Below, in pieces: positions 53,032 through 64,000 of a stretch of 64,000 bases of DNA. Position 1 is the stretch's first letter. Each line of letters starts with the position of its first letter. Under the pieces are notes generated by a model. The model had not been told where the DNA came from. It searched no databases and saw only the letters and a list, made by a program, of their open reading frames with translations. The translations under genes and the position numbers were made by a program. Source of the stretch: Eledone cirrhosa (lineage: Eukaryota); assembly GCA_964016885.1 (NCBI GenBank), contig CAXHJY010001187.1, positions 1 through 64,000 on the forward strand, written 5' to 3'.

Positions 53032-54351
53032 TTACTCATCTTGGGTTGAGTTGGCAGGGGAGAATGAGGGAGATGTGGGAGGCTCAAAACCAACAAACTC
53101 GTTGACTGCAGTGGATGTTGAAGGGCTAGCTGTAGCACGGTTGGCAGGTGTGACTGGCTTGAAGAAAGAGTAGATGGAGGATTGTTTGGCATTGTTTCTT
53201 TTGGCTTCATACATTTCTTGATAAATCTTGATGCTTTTCTCGACGTCTTGAGCCACTTTGCTGCTCCTAGCAGGTTTGGGGTCACGCTCCTTCAGGGTTT
53301 CTAAGATTGTTTCGTTACTCCCGAGACATTCTCTTAGAGTTTTTATGTCCAAGCCACACACAGGTTCTTCTTCCTTCTCTTCTTCTTTTTCTGTCTCCTG
53401 TATCGCCTTGTCCAGTTCTATGAGTTCATTATTGGAGAGTGGTTCAGCGTGGCTTTCCAAAAGGTCTTGCATATCATCATAATTAACACCATCGAAGCCA
53501 GCTCTATGGCAGAGATTTACAATATCTTTTTTTATCGCACCAATATCCTCAGCAAAGCCTTGGAAGTCATTCACACATGCTGGCCATAATTTCTTCCAGG
53601 CCAAGTTCATGGTAGACTGCTTCACTTCTTCCCATGATGCTTTAAATCTCCTTCTGCATTCCCTCCAAGTAACAGTAACGCAGTCCTTTGAGGCTTTGAA
53701 CCCCTTCGCACTTTTCTCCTCCTTGTCAATATAAGTATTACTGGTCATCTTTTTCCAATAAAGTCCTGTTTCATCATAATTAATAACCTGTTTTTTGCTG
53801 TACCCCTTCTCTGCAATGCATTTCTCTAACTCTTTGAATTTTTCAGCACTCTCTTTGTCGGAACTGGCAGCCTCACCTGTAACTTTTATGTTGTGAAGAC
53901 TCGAACGTCGTTTGAACTTATCAAACCAGCCTTTGCTTGCCTTGAATACAAAGTCCTCCACCCCCAATTCAGTCTTGAGCCTGTCAATAATGGGCAATGC
54001 TTTCTCACTGATTACATTTAAAGACAGAGGCATATTTTGACGATTTTGGTCGTCGATCCAAATTTTGAGCAACTTTTCCATCCTATCCATAATCGGCTCA
54101 CGATGTTTGGTCAACAATCTACTCTGTAGACTCGTAGCATTCTCCCCAACTTTATTGACAACCTCACTAATTTTTAAAACAGTCTAGACTGTAGACTGGC
54201 CTAGGCCTAAGTTACGACTTATGGCGGACATACCTTGCCCCTGTTCCTTCCTTTTCAAAATGTACAGCTTTATTTCCAAAGTCAAGCTCTTCCTGATGCG
54301 TTTGGCCTTTCCATCTGCATCAGCAATATTTGCAGGATGTTTTGGGGCCAT
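53032..54351 (-). pseudogene. Tigger-type transposase remnant (CENP-B-like HTHs; most of the DDE domain deleted)
   Basis: MAPK, RKSLTLEIKL, LGLGQSTV*, FKASKGWFDKFKRR, TGEAASSD, NYDETGLYWK, then a jump to SWEEVKQSTMNLAWKKLWP. Confidence 0.88.
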
Positions 54352-54425
54352 GAAATATAGGGTTATAAGATATGCCGTGATAATTATGCTCCAAAAATAC
54401 GCCGTCAGGATTTCTCTTACTTTGA

Positions 54426-54534
54426 ATGACGTCATAACTCTTAACTGATCACTTCAGTTCGGCAAAAATTCTCTCACTGAGAGGACACGCTAGTTTGCCG
54501 AACTGAAGTGATCAGTTAAGAGTTGTGACGTCAT
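54426..54534. repeat. 41-bp inverted repeat upstream of the transposase
   Basis: Arms 54426-54466 and 54494-54534, 40/41 complementary, 27-nt spacer. Confidence 0.92.
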
Positions 54535-54832
54535 CGACCGATATCTGAACACGCTCGTGATTGGCCAGTTTCTCAGTAAGGTCAGTTAGTACGATAGCAG
54601 TAGTAACACAATTTTCCTAGAATTCAAATAGCAGTCAGTTTCCACGAATTCAAGGGGGAATTTGTTGCTTACTACAGGTGCCGCTACGGTACAATATAAA
54701 CAAAACCCGACCAAAAACCGTATCTGAATTTTTTTTACCGTAAATAGAATTGATGGTAGTAATTACCCCAAACCGTATCTGTGAATTTACCGGATAAAGA
54801 ACTACCGTATATCAAGGACCCACTGTATATAT

Positions 54833-56066
54833 ATCATCATCCTCTTCATTTTACGTCCTTAAGCACGGCATCTCTCCATTCGTCATGATCCCTTGTCATC
54901 TCCTCCGTGAGCTTCTGAGGTCTGCTCTCACCACCTCTGCCCATGTTTTTTGTGGTCTTCCTTCTACTGGGATTTCTTGGCACTTCTTCACCCAGCGGTC
55001 ATCCTCCATGCGCATCACATGTTCATACCATTGCAGTCTTCTCTCTTGCACACTACAACCTATTCCTCTTATACACAGTTTCTCTCTCAACTCATCTATA
55101 CTTCATCGTTCACGCACATTGACATTGCACATCCAACGGAGCATGCTTGCTTCATTTCTCTCCAGCTGTCGCATATCCTCTGCAGTTGCTGCCATGTCTC
55201 ACTACCATGCAGCATCGTGCATTTCACACAGGCATCATATAGCCGGCCTTTCGTACACAGGGAGAAACCCTTCTTTGTTAACAGAGGAAGCAGCTCCCCA
55301 AATTTCTTCCAACCCGTCCTTATTCTAGGTATTATGGTCTCGGAACACTCTCCTCCCATGCTAATCTGATCACCTAGGCACTGGAAGCTATCAACCACTT
55401 CCATAGAACCCACCTTCATTTGAAAAATGTGTCTATCACTGTGATTACTACTGTCAAATTCCCCTGTACATCTACTGCATACATAGTTTTCCCTACCTGT
55501 TAGTTTGCCTGCTATCCCACTACATCCTTTGTGTACATTTTATAGAATTTATGCCAGCTCATTTTCTACATGGCCATTTCCCTGATGGAATCAGTTTTGT
55601 CCTCTTTTCTACTTATCAACACTTTTGTCTTAGCTAGGGTCACTCTCAGTCCCATTGATTCCAACTGCTGTTTCCATAGCCAGAATTTTTTCTCTAGCTC
55701 CTCCACTGATTCTTCTATAAGAACCAGATCATCAGCATAGAGAAGTTCCCATGGGTATCCAGTTTTAAACTCCTCTGTTATGGCTTGGAGGACTATAATG
55801 AACAAGAGTGGGCTGATGACCGAACCCTGGTGTACTCCTACTTGTATTTGGAATTCCTCACTAAACTCCATTCCTACCCTCATTTTACTGACAGCACTTC
55901 TGTACATAACTTGCACTGTCCTCACAAGCCATTCCTCTACACCTAGTTTCCTTAGAGACCACCAGATGACAGATCGGAGTACTCTATCAAAGGCCTTCTC
56001 TAGGTCAACAAAAGCTAAGTATAGTGGCTTATTCTTCTCTAAGAACCTGTCTTGTAGTTGTCTCAC
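54833..56066 (-). mobile_element. Older degenerate RTE family C copy
   Basis: Eroded CAT tail next to the Tigger [28 protein letters not shown] and YADD, with frameshifts. Confidence 0.88.
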
Positions 56067-56068
56067 AT

Positions 56069-56893
56069 ATATACGAACAGCAATGTTGCATGGTAGTAAG
56101 GCCTGGGCACTGTGTGTGAAGATTGCATGCTCCAATGTATGTGTAATAGTAATATATATGAACTGAGAAAGAAACTGGGCATAAGAGGGACCAGATGCAG
56201 TGTGCAGGAGAAGAGATTGTGGTGGTATGGACATGTGATGCATATGAAGGATGACAGCTGTATAAAAAGGTGCAGAGTGCTCAAAGTTGATGGAAGCTAT
56301 GGAGTAGGAAGACTTGGAATGAGGTGATAAAAGCTGACCTTGTACAATTGCACCTTTCAAAAGCGATGACACAGGACCGAGATCTCTGGTGTTATGCAGT
56401 AATACAGAAGACCCACCTTCCTCCGTACACGGGTTGAAACACACATCTAGTATCTTCCACGTCCTAACACTCCACCCCTCACCCACTTCCCTAGACCTAC
56501 CTACCCAATTCCCACCCAAGTCCCCAGCCTACACCGTAAAGTGGTTGTGTAGATGACATGATAAAAAGCACCCAACCCACACTGTAAAGTGGTTGTGTTG
56601 TTGACAACAAAAAAATGCCCAGCGTACACACTGTTAAGTGGTCATGTAGGTGTCACAGCAAAAAGCACCTAGCCCTCACTATTAAGTGGTTGTGTAGGCG
56701 TCACGACAAAACACATCCAGTACACACTGTAAATGTGGATGGCGTTAGGAAGGGCATCCAGCTGTAAAAACCAAACCAAAACCAGTTCTGTATGAAAAAG
56801 ACACAGTCACCTGATCTGACTTGTCTTACAATGGGACAACTCGTCTAACTCATGCTAACGTGGATAAATGGACGTTAAATGGTGATGATGATG
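56069..56893 (+). mobile_element. Older RTE family B-like 3' fragment with an expanded 3' UTR repeat
   Basis: IRTAMLHGS and [20 protein letters not shown]; ~49-bp units at 56522-56740; GATGATG tail. Confidence 0.85.
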
Positions 56894-56899
56894 CTAACT

Positions 56900-57535
56900 G
56901 TGTTGTTGATACATAACTTAGTTATATATCTGTAACTTAGTTATAGAATTATTAAACTATAGATATATTTATTATAACTTAGTTATTGATAGATAACTCA
57001 GCAATATAACTTGGTTTTTGACACATAACTTAAATATTAATACATAACTTTGTTATAGATATATCAATCTAAAATATAGTTATATTGATGAGTTATGTAT
57101 AAGTTAAAATATAAATAACTTGGTTATTGATACAAAATTTAGTTGTATGTATTTGTGTGCGTGTGTGTGTGTGTTTTCGTGTAATTCAACCAACCAATAA
57201 ACATCTTTTTATAGATATAGATAATATTGAAATTTAAATCGGCTATTTATAACTTAGTTTTATATATCTATGACTAAGTTATGTATCAACAACTAAATTT
57301 TGTATCAACAATGCAGGGACATTTATTATAACACAATTATTGATACATAACACAGCTATATGCGTATAAATTATAGATATATTTGTTATATATATATATC
57401 TAGAATTAAGTTATGTATCAACAACTCTGTGTTTATTATAACCAAATTATTTAATTATAACTCATTGATATATAGCTAAGTTATAATTAAATAATTTGGT
57501 TATTTTTAACAGAATTGTTGATACATAACTTAATT
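56900..57535. repeat. AT-rich array of degenerate direct and inverted TTGATACATAACTTAGTTAT units
   Basis: Forward copies at about 56906, 57040, 57340 and 57518. Inverted AAGTTATGTATCAA at about 57276 and 57408. Confidence 0.6.
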
Positions 57536-57563
57536 CTCTCTCTCTCTCTATATATATATATAT

Positions 57564-58599
57564 CTGCACCTTTTTATGCAGCTGTCATCCTTCATATGCA
57601 TCACATGTCCATACCAACACATCCTCCTCTCCTGCACACAGCATTTGATTCCTCTTATGTTCAGTCTTTCTCTCAGTTCGTTTATGCTTTGCTGTTCGCG
57701 TATATTACTATTACACATCCATTGCGGCATGCAAGCTTCGTTTCTTTCTAATCTACACAAGTCTTCTACGCATAGCGCCCAGGTCTCACTACCATGTAAC
57801 ATTGCTGTTCATATGCACACATCATACAGTCTGCCTTTTATTTTGAGGGAAAAACCCTTTGCACCTAGCAGTGGCAGTAGCTCCCTGAACTTCTTCCATC
57901 CTATTCTTACCCTGGTTACTGTACTTTCAGAACAGCCACCTTCACTGCTAATTTAGTCACTTAGGTAGCAGAAGCTGTCGACTGTTTCTATCGAGCCCTC
58001 TTAGAGTTTGGTAGTGCTTGTTTCCTGTGGCTGTTTGCTGCTTACTGTCCCCGTGCAGCTGCTACATGTGAAGCCTACATTCCTAACTAAGTTTCCTGAG
58101 ATCCCACTACATCTCTTGTGTACCCATAGTTTGCATATGGGGCAGAGGATATTCCTACCTACACCTTTCCTACATACTGAGCAAGGCCATTTCCCTGAGG
58201 GATCTAGGTTCTGTTTTCTCATCTATTTACGAGCACCTTAGTCTTTGACAGGTTGACTTTGAGCCCCCTTCTTTCTAATCCCTGCTTCCATGTTTGGAAT
58301 TTCTTCTTTAGTTCCCCCATAGATTCAGCTATAAGTGCAAGATCATCCGCATACAGAAGTTCCTATGGGTATCTGGTCTTAAACTGCTGTTATAGCCTGA
58401 AAAACTATAACAAACAGGAGAGGGCTAAGAACAGTCATGGTGGACATCGACCTGTATGCTAAATTTCTCGCTATAGTCATTGTTAACCCTAACTTTGCTG
58501 ACTGCTCCCCTATACATGGCTTATATAGCTTTCACAAGCCATTCATCTACTCCTTGTTTTCTAAGAGCCCACCGGATTAAAGCACGGGGCACTCTGTCA
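57564..58599 (-). mobile_element. Older RTE family B-like internal fragment
   Basis: [16 protein letters not shown] and [10 protein letters not shown], with stops and frameshifts; abuts a (TC)n(TA)n run. Confidence 0.88.
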
Positions 58600-59699
58600 T
58601 TTGTATTATATCAAACTTCTGGAATATTGATTCAAACTTGAGAATCAAGATATTGCTCAATTCTAATGAAATTGGCATAAGATCTGGATGGTGTGAATCA
58701 AATGCTTTGTGTGACAAATTTTTTTTTTTTTAGTACAACATAAATTTTATATACAGAAATATTGCATGTAAATAAACAGAAAAAAAGAAGAAATTAAAAA
58801 GGGGAAGGGAGGTGCAGATTCTTCACCCCTGTCTAGGTGGTATATCTCAGCTCTGCTTTACAAACAAGATGGTAAATCCATTGCTGCAGAGAAGTTATTG
58901 GTGTCCACTGCATCAGCCACTCACCTCACATGGGTCCATCCTTCAATTTTGCAAAGGAAAACAGCAGTCTAGGGACTGAGGGCACAAAAGGTCTTAACAG
59001 TGACTGGCATAAAAATGAAACGATTGGTCAAGTCCTGGTGTATCAATTATAGTGTTCCAGTTTATATTACTAATTCTTGTTTTGAGAAATAAAAAGTAAA
59101 GTTCAGTCCAATAAGCTAGCAGCTAACTTGCTTAATTATTTTTGTTTTTCAGTCTTTGATGTCATTGTTATGCAAATGTTATTGCATGCTTGCATATGAT
59201 TGTGTCTGTCTTAGGTGGTTACGGTGTGTAACAGTTTGGCTTGACAATTAAATAAAACTTCTGGGCATAAAAGATTGTGTGCAACTATGGCTGTTTTTAG
59301 ATAAATAGTACAATTTGACATTGGTGTAGTTGTTTAATAACAGCAAACTACCACCTGATAATTAGATATGATAGAGGTTTGGCTGCAGTGTTCTGTGGCT
59401 ACAACAAGAATGAAAGATCTAGACATTATTGATAATAAACAATAGGTTTGCTTTTATATAAAGTAGGTATAATAACTGTACAAAAGTGTTTTGAAAAGTT
59501 TTAGTAATGGTGAAACCGTTAGAACCTGAAACATTGAATTATAGCAGTATAAGATGTAATACTTATCGAAAGGGTCAGATTCTTATTACAGCAAAATCTG
59601 ACTGGATCTCTTCAGTGTTATTCTCAAAGGTTATGTGAATTCATTTTGGGGAATTTGAGATCAGTGCAGTTGATGTGATTCAAATAACTCATAACATGC

Positions 59700-59822
59700 A
59701 GTCATCCGAGTTCAAATCCTGCCGAGGTTAACTTTACCTTTCATCCTTACAGGGTCAATAAAATAAAGTACCAGTAATGCGCTGGGTAATTGTTGGCCTT
59801 TTGCCAAAAGTAGAAACAATTA
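59700..59822 (+). mobile_element. Degenerate tRNA-derived SINE fragment
   Basis: B-box-like GAGTTCAAATC followed by ACTTTACCTTTCATCCT and AATAAAGTACCAGT. A related inverted copy lies at 63770-63860. Confidence 0.6.
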
Positions 59823-59901
59823 TTAGAATATATTCAGTAGGTTTTACTTAAGCATTATGTAAAAGCATTACAATATATTCAATAGGCGATTTTAAACTTA
59901 A

Positions 59902-60093
59902 CCCTTTCATTACCATATTTCTAATGAGAGGCTCTGTCTATAATTTTCAAATCATTATAAAGCTAGTGTTTGGTATATAACAAAGATTAAAAAAAAAAAA
60001 AAAATTAGAATGGAAGGTTTTTAGATAAATATAAACACTTTAAAGCAAACAGATTTGTATTGTAGAACAAGGGGTGGTTCAGTATCAGAAGGG
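59902..60093. mobile_element. Degenerate piggyBac-type MITE
   Basis: TTAA|CCCTTTC left end and GAAGGG|TCAA right end. Shares CCATATTTCTAATGA and TGGAAGGTTTT with 60923-61136. Confidence 0.5.
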
Positions 60094-60269
60094 TCAATGC
60101 ATGCATTTTTAATTCATTCAACACCATAAAATGATTTCTAAATTTCAGAAGAAATTGAAAGTGTGAATGATCTTGATACTTTTGTCACATATTGTGAGAA
60201 ACATATATAGATAAAAGCAACACCTACTCAGCATGTAGTTGCATTCATCATATAGAGTTTATGGCTACT

Positions 60270-60780
60270 CCTTTTCTACATATTGAGCAAGGCCACTTCC
60301 TTGAAGTGATTAGTCCTATCTTCTTTCCTACTTACTAGCACTTTAGTTTTGGCTAAGTTTACTATCAGCCCCTTTTGATTCCAAATTCTGTTTTTATAGT
60401 CAGAACTTATACTCTAGTTCTTTTATGAATTTGGCTTTCAGGACTAAATCATCTACATAGAGAAGTTCTCATGGACAGCTAGTCACAAACTCCTCTGTTA
60501 CGGCCTGGAGAACTATAATTAACAACAGTGGTCTGAGAACTGAACGCTGATGATCTATCTGCACCTTGAATACCTCACTAAACTCACTTCCTTCTCTCAC
60601 TTTACTGACAACTTGGCGTGCACTGTTCTCACAAGCTATTCTTCTACATCTACATTTAAAGACCACCAGATAACAGAATGAGGTACTTTGTCAAAGATCA
60701 ACAAAAGCTAAATACAGCAGCTTATTCTTGGCTAGGAACTTCTCTTGTAAGTGCCTCACTAAGAAGAGGGCATCTGTAGG
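60270..60780 (-). mobile_element. Old RTE RT fragment
   Basis: [28 protein letters not shown] and LLLIIVLQAVTEEF. Confidence 0.85.
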
Positions 60781-60922
60781 CTTAATTATATTCATCATAG
60801 GTTCTTTCTGAGGCAGTGTTTTATGCCCGGATACCTTTTTAGGTGCTTCTAATGATGCAGGGATACATGTACCGATTTTAAACTGGATACACATGGTGAT
60901 TATGAAATAGAACTCAAATTAA

Positions 60923-61136
60923 CATTTTCCTCACCATATTTCTAATGAAATAAACTGTATTTCAGTTAATGAACAATTTAGAAGGATTTTCTAAACATTT
61001 TTTTTTTATTAATATGGTATTTAAAACAATTTATCAAAAGGGTTGTACATCAAATTATTGAAAGATTTAAATTTAAAATGGAAGGTTTTTTTTCATAGAA
61101 CCAGAAGCAATTTTGGGCATGTTGGTATGGAAAGGG
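60923..61136. mobile_element. Degenerate piggyBac-type MITE, second copy
   Basis: TTAA|CATTTTC left end and GAAAGGG|TTAA right end. Confidence 0.5.
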
Positions 61137-61777
61137 TTAAATGCATAGAACAATGTTCCTACATCTATCTGGGTTTTTTTTTGCCATTTAGATTGCCATT
61201 GAATAGTCTCAGTAGACTTGATGAGATGGAGGTCATAGTGCACTGTGAGACATTTCAGTTGAATGTTCTGAACAGTTAGTCGGTAAAGAGAATGGTATTT
61301 GTTTTAGTGATAGAGAAACTAGATATGAGTTCACATATGGTCATTATGTTGTTAGCGGTATTTAAAAAGTTAAATTTCTATTTGTGCAAAAGGAGATGAT
61401 GGTGGATAGTCATTTGACTTTTATATTTTGGGTGCATTTTACTGTTTCTGCCTTATAGAGTTGAAGATTTTAAAGTTTTGAATTAGCATCTTTAAGTTTT
61501 TAAAACGTGTGTATGTATGCATGCACAAACACATATTTGTCGCCTGTTATAGATTGACATGGGAATAGGGCAGAGAAGATTTGTCTGCAATTCACTTAAT
61601 GCCACCACACACTTGTACTTGCATACAGATACACATGCATTGCATAGAATAGATGAGATAAATTCCCTGTTCAGTTTGTCATGTCATGTATTTCTCCTAA
61701 AACTTAAAAGCTTTGAGAAAAAAGCAATTAATTCACTCATAATTCTAAAATAAAAAAAAAACAACTTATATAAGCAT

Positions 61778-62108
61778 TCATCATTTTATGTCCCTTTTCC
61801 ATGCATTGGACATGTAAGGGAATCATATTTAGAATGGTCTCTACAGCTGGATGCTCTTCCTAATGCCAACCACATTACAGAGTGTACTGGGTGCATTTTA
61901 TTGTGGCACCAGAACTACTGGAGTGTACTGAATGCAACATCATCATCACTGTTTAACATCTATTTTTTATGCTTGCATGTGTTAGATGAGACTAGCCAGG
62001 TTAGGTCAGGTGACTCTTGCTTATACGTATCTGTTTCTACAGCTGGATGCTTTTCCTAACGCCAACCAAATTACAGTGTAGACTAGATGCTTTTTATCGG
62101 GGCACCAA
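61778..62108 (-). mobile_element. Two tandem old RTE-tail/SINE fragments
   Basis: Two CATCAT tails, each followed by CTACAGCTGGATGCT(C/T)TTCCTAA(T/C)GCCAACC, at about 61778 and 61938. Confidence 0.75.
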
Positions 62109-62329
62109 AATGTCCACCTATCATTGTATTTGTAAATGCAGGAAAGACCTGATTATCATTTTCAGCAAAAAATTATTCCTTAAGAGAAACTTGTAGCTAT
62201 TTAAAGGTGTAATAATGGTTTATTTAAATTAATCTAAAACATGAATTATAAGATGGCTGGTACAATGCAGTAGAAATATATAAAAGGCAAAGGAGGACAA
62301 ATAAAACAAAACAAAGTAATGTTTTACCC

Positions 62330-62446
62330 AGAAACACTTCTGTATGAGCGAGACACGGTCTCCCGACTTTTCCCGCATCGAATGGAACAAAACCGTCTAA
62401 CCCATGCTAGCATGGAAGATGGACATTAAACGATGATGATGATGAT
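62330..62446 (+). mobile_element. RTE-type 3' terminal fragment
   Basis: CCGTCTAACCCATGCTAGCATGGAAGATGGACATTAAAC followed by (GAT)5. Confidence 0.8.
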
Positions 62447-62689
62447 TTCAGCATGATATTTCAAGACTATTACCCTCTTTTCAAATGTAAAACTAAAACA
62501 GTTCAAAACAAAAATTGATGTGTTCTTCCCTAACTGGTCTCTGTGTCTAAAATATGTATGGTGTCAGTAGAGAAGTCTTCAATGAAGGCCTGAGTGTGCC
62601 AGCTGTATATTCAAGCTCTCCCTAGAGATGGCTTGTCTGATGGCAGTGGTTGTCTTCTCATTGAAATGCAGTAGCTTTAAGTAGCATAT

Positions 62690-63100
62690 GTTACTTTTGG
62701 AGATGCGTGTCTTCCTTGTTCTTCTAAGTGTTGTTGCCTTGGCATTTTGGTGTTTGGTGAGAGTAGGGTGGCCATTCTTGGTGAGACCTTTCTAGAATTT
62801 CACTGTTTGTTGTCACTGTTACTGCATTTCATATATAGGTCATTTTGGCTTGGTACGGAAGGGCAGAATAATAATACACAAAGATGTTGCTATAGGAATT
62901 CTTCTTGTAAAATTTGGTGTATATAGATCCCTTCTCTGTGACTCTTAGTGTAAAGTTGAGTAGAAAGAGGGATCCTGTGGTGTCTAAATGCTCAACCTCA
63001 AAATTCACGTGTATGTTTTTGAAGATGTTGTAAATCTTGATGGCTTCTTCACATGATGAAGTGAGCATAAGGATATCATCCACATATCTGGAGAAGGAGG
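62690..63100 (-). mobile_element. Penelope-like element RT fragment
   Basis: FSRYVDDIL, NFEVE, GSLFLLNF, FYKK and YYSALPYQAK match the PLE RT motif 5-7 and thumb pattern. Boundaries are approximate. Confidence 0.7.
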
Positions 63101-63719
63101 AGAAAGAGTGGTGAGTGTTGTATGCTTCACCTGGTCCATGTATGTGATGGCCAGCAGGCCTGAGAGTCTTGACCCCAATAGAAGTCAAACTAGAAAAAGG
63201 TGTTGCACATGATGACAGAGTAGCTCATGGATGTCAGCAGCTGTGAACCCAAAGCAATTGAATTATTAATTTATTTCATGTGGTGAAAGAGCAAAGTTAG
63301 CTTATCTGGTATGGTATGTTACTGCTTTGAATTAAAATCTTGTTTCAGTTAACTTTGCCTTTCCTTTCTCTTGGATGAATAAAATATTAGTGAGATAATT
63401 CGATTCATTTAATTATAGCTCATTCCTCTTTCAAAAATGATCTTATGCCTAATATAGAAATCATTTAATATATTTCGAAATTTCTTTTTAGAACAAATAC
63501 TTGGAACAATACCAAACACTCCTATGAACTCCTATAACATCTGCAGTATGGATTGTGACATTAAATGTTGTGTATAATTAGAATAAAGCTCTGACTTGCA
63601 TTTTTTGGCCTTAACACCAACACTGTAAACTAATTTCCAAATAATAATTTGTTGAAATGATTATCAGAACAAAATAGTAAAGAAAATAGTAATGAATAAT
63701 GATCATAATAATAATACTT

Positions 63720-63920
63720 TTTCATACAGACACAATGTCATAGATTTATGGGGTGGGGTAAATTGATTAAATTGACTCTGTATTTGACTGGTACTTTATT
63801 TCATCAAACCTGGAAGGATAAAGGGCAAAGTTGATCTGATTGGTATTTGAACTTAAAATGTAAAGAGTCAGGACAAACACTAAGGTATTTTGTCTGATGC
63901 CCCAACAATACTGCCAATTC
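63720..63920 (-). mobile_element. Degenerate tRNA-derived SINE
   Basis: ACTGGTACTTTATT, GGAAGGATAAAGGGCAAAGT and ATTTGAACT form the inverse of 59700-59822. Confidence 0.6.
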
Positions 63921-64000
63921 CATGGACCAAAATCTACAAATAGTTAATAGAATTCCCATTTACATGAATGGTATTTAACCCTTTTCAGATTGTTGTATAA

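Larger units (their letters stand above)
52780..54825 (-). mobile_element. Tigger/pogo DNA transposon, internally deleted
   Basis: TA-flanked TIRs CAGTGAGTCTTCGATATACG and CGTATATCAAGGACCCACTG (17/20 match), with ACCGTAT subterminal repeats at both ends. Confidence 0.92.

Noticed and set aside
51760-60212. Possible host exons after pyrimidine-AG sites (about 51760, 59153, 60149)
   Set aside because: Short, with weak or absent donors and no recognisable protein. Cannot be supported without transcripts.

Overview
Eukaryotic, repeat-saturated DNA with no supportable host gene. The SINE/LINE repertoire and (TA/TATG) seas resemble octopod cephalopod genomes (inference only). Positions 1-45090 are a giant TA/TATG micro/minisatellite field holding mostly young retroelements: three RTE-clade LINE families (here A, B, C; one intact 1039-aa EN-RT ORF at 27476-30595), four copies of a ~610-bp non-autonomous RTE-derived element, CR1 pieces, a tRNA-headed SINE and a minimal hammerhead ribozyme. 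All three RTE families carry a PHD finger inserted inside the RT domain. Positions 45091-64000 are ordinary AT-rich DNA with older RTE, CR1 and Penelope relics, two back-to-back Helitrons, an internally deleted Tigger/pogo transposon, MITEs and SINE fragments. The Y/I/M/C/V- and Y/I/H/T-rich ORFs are translation artefacts of the microsatellite.
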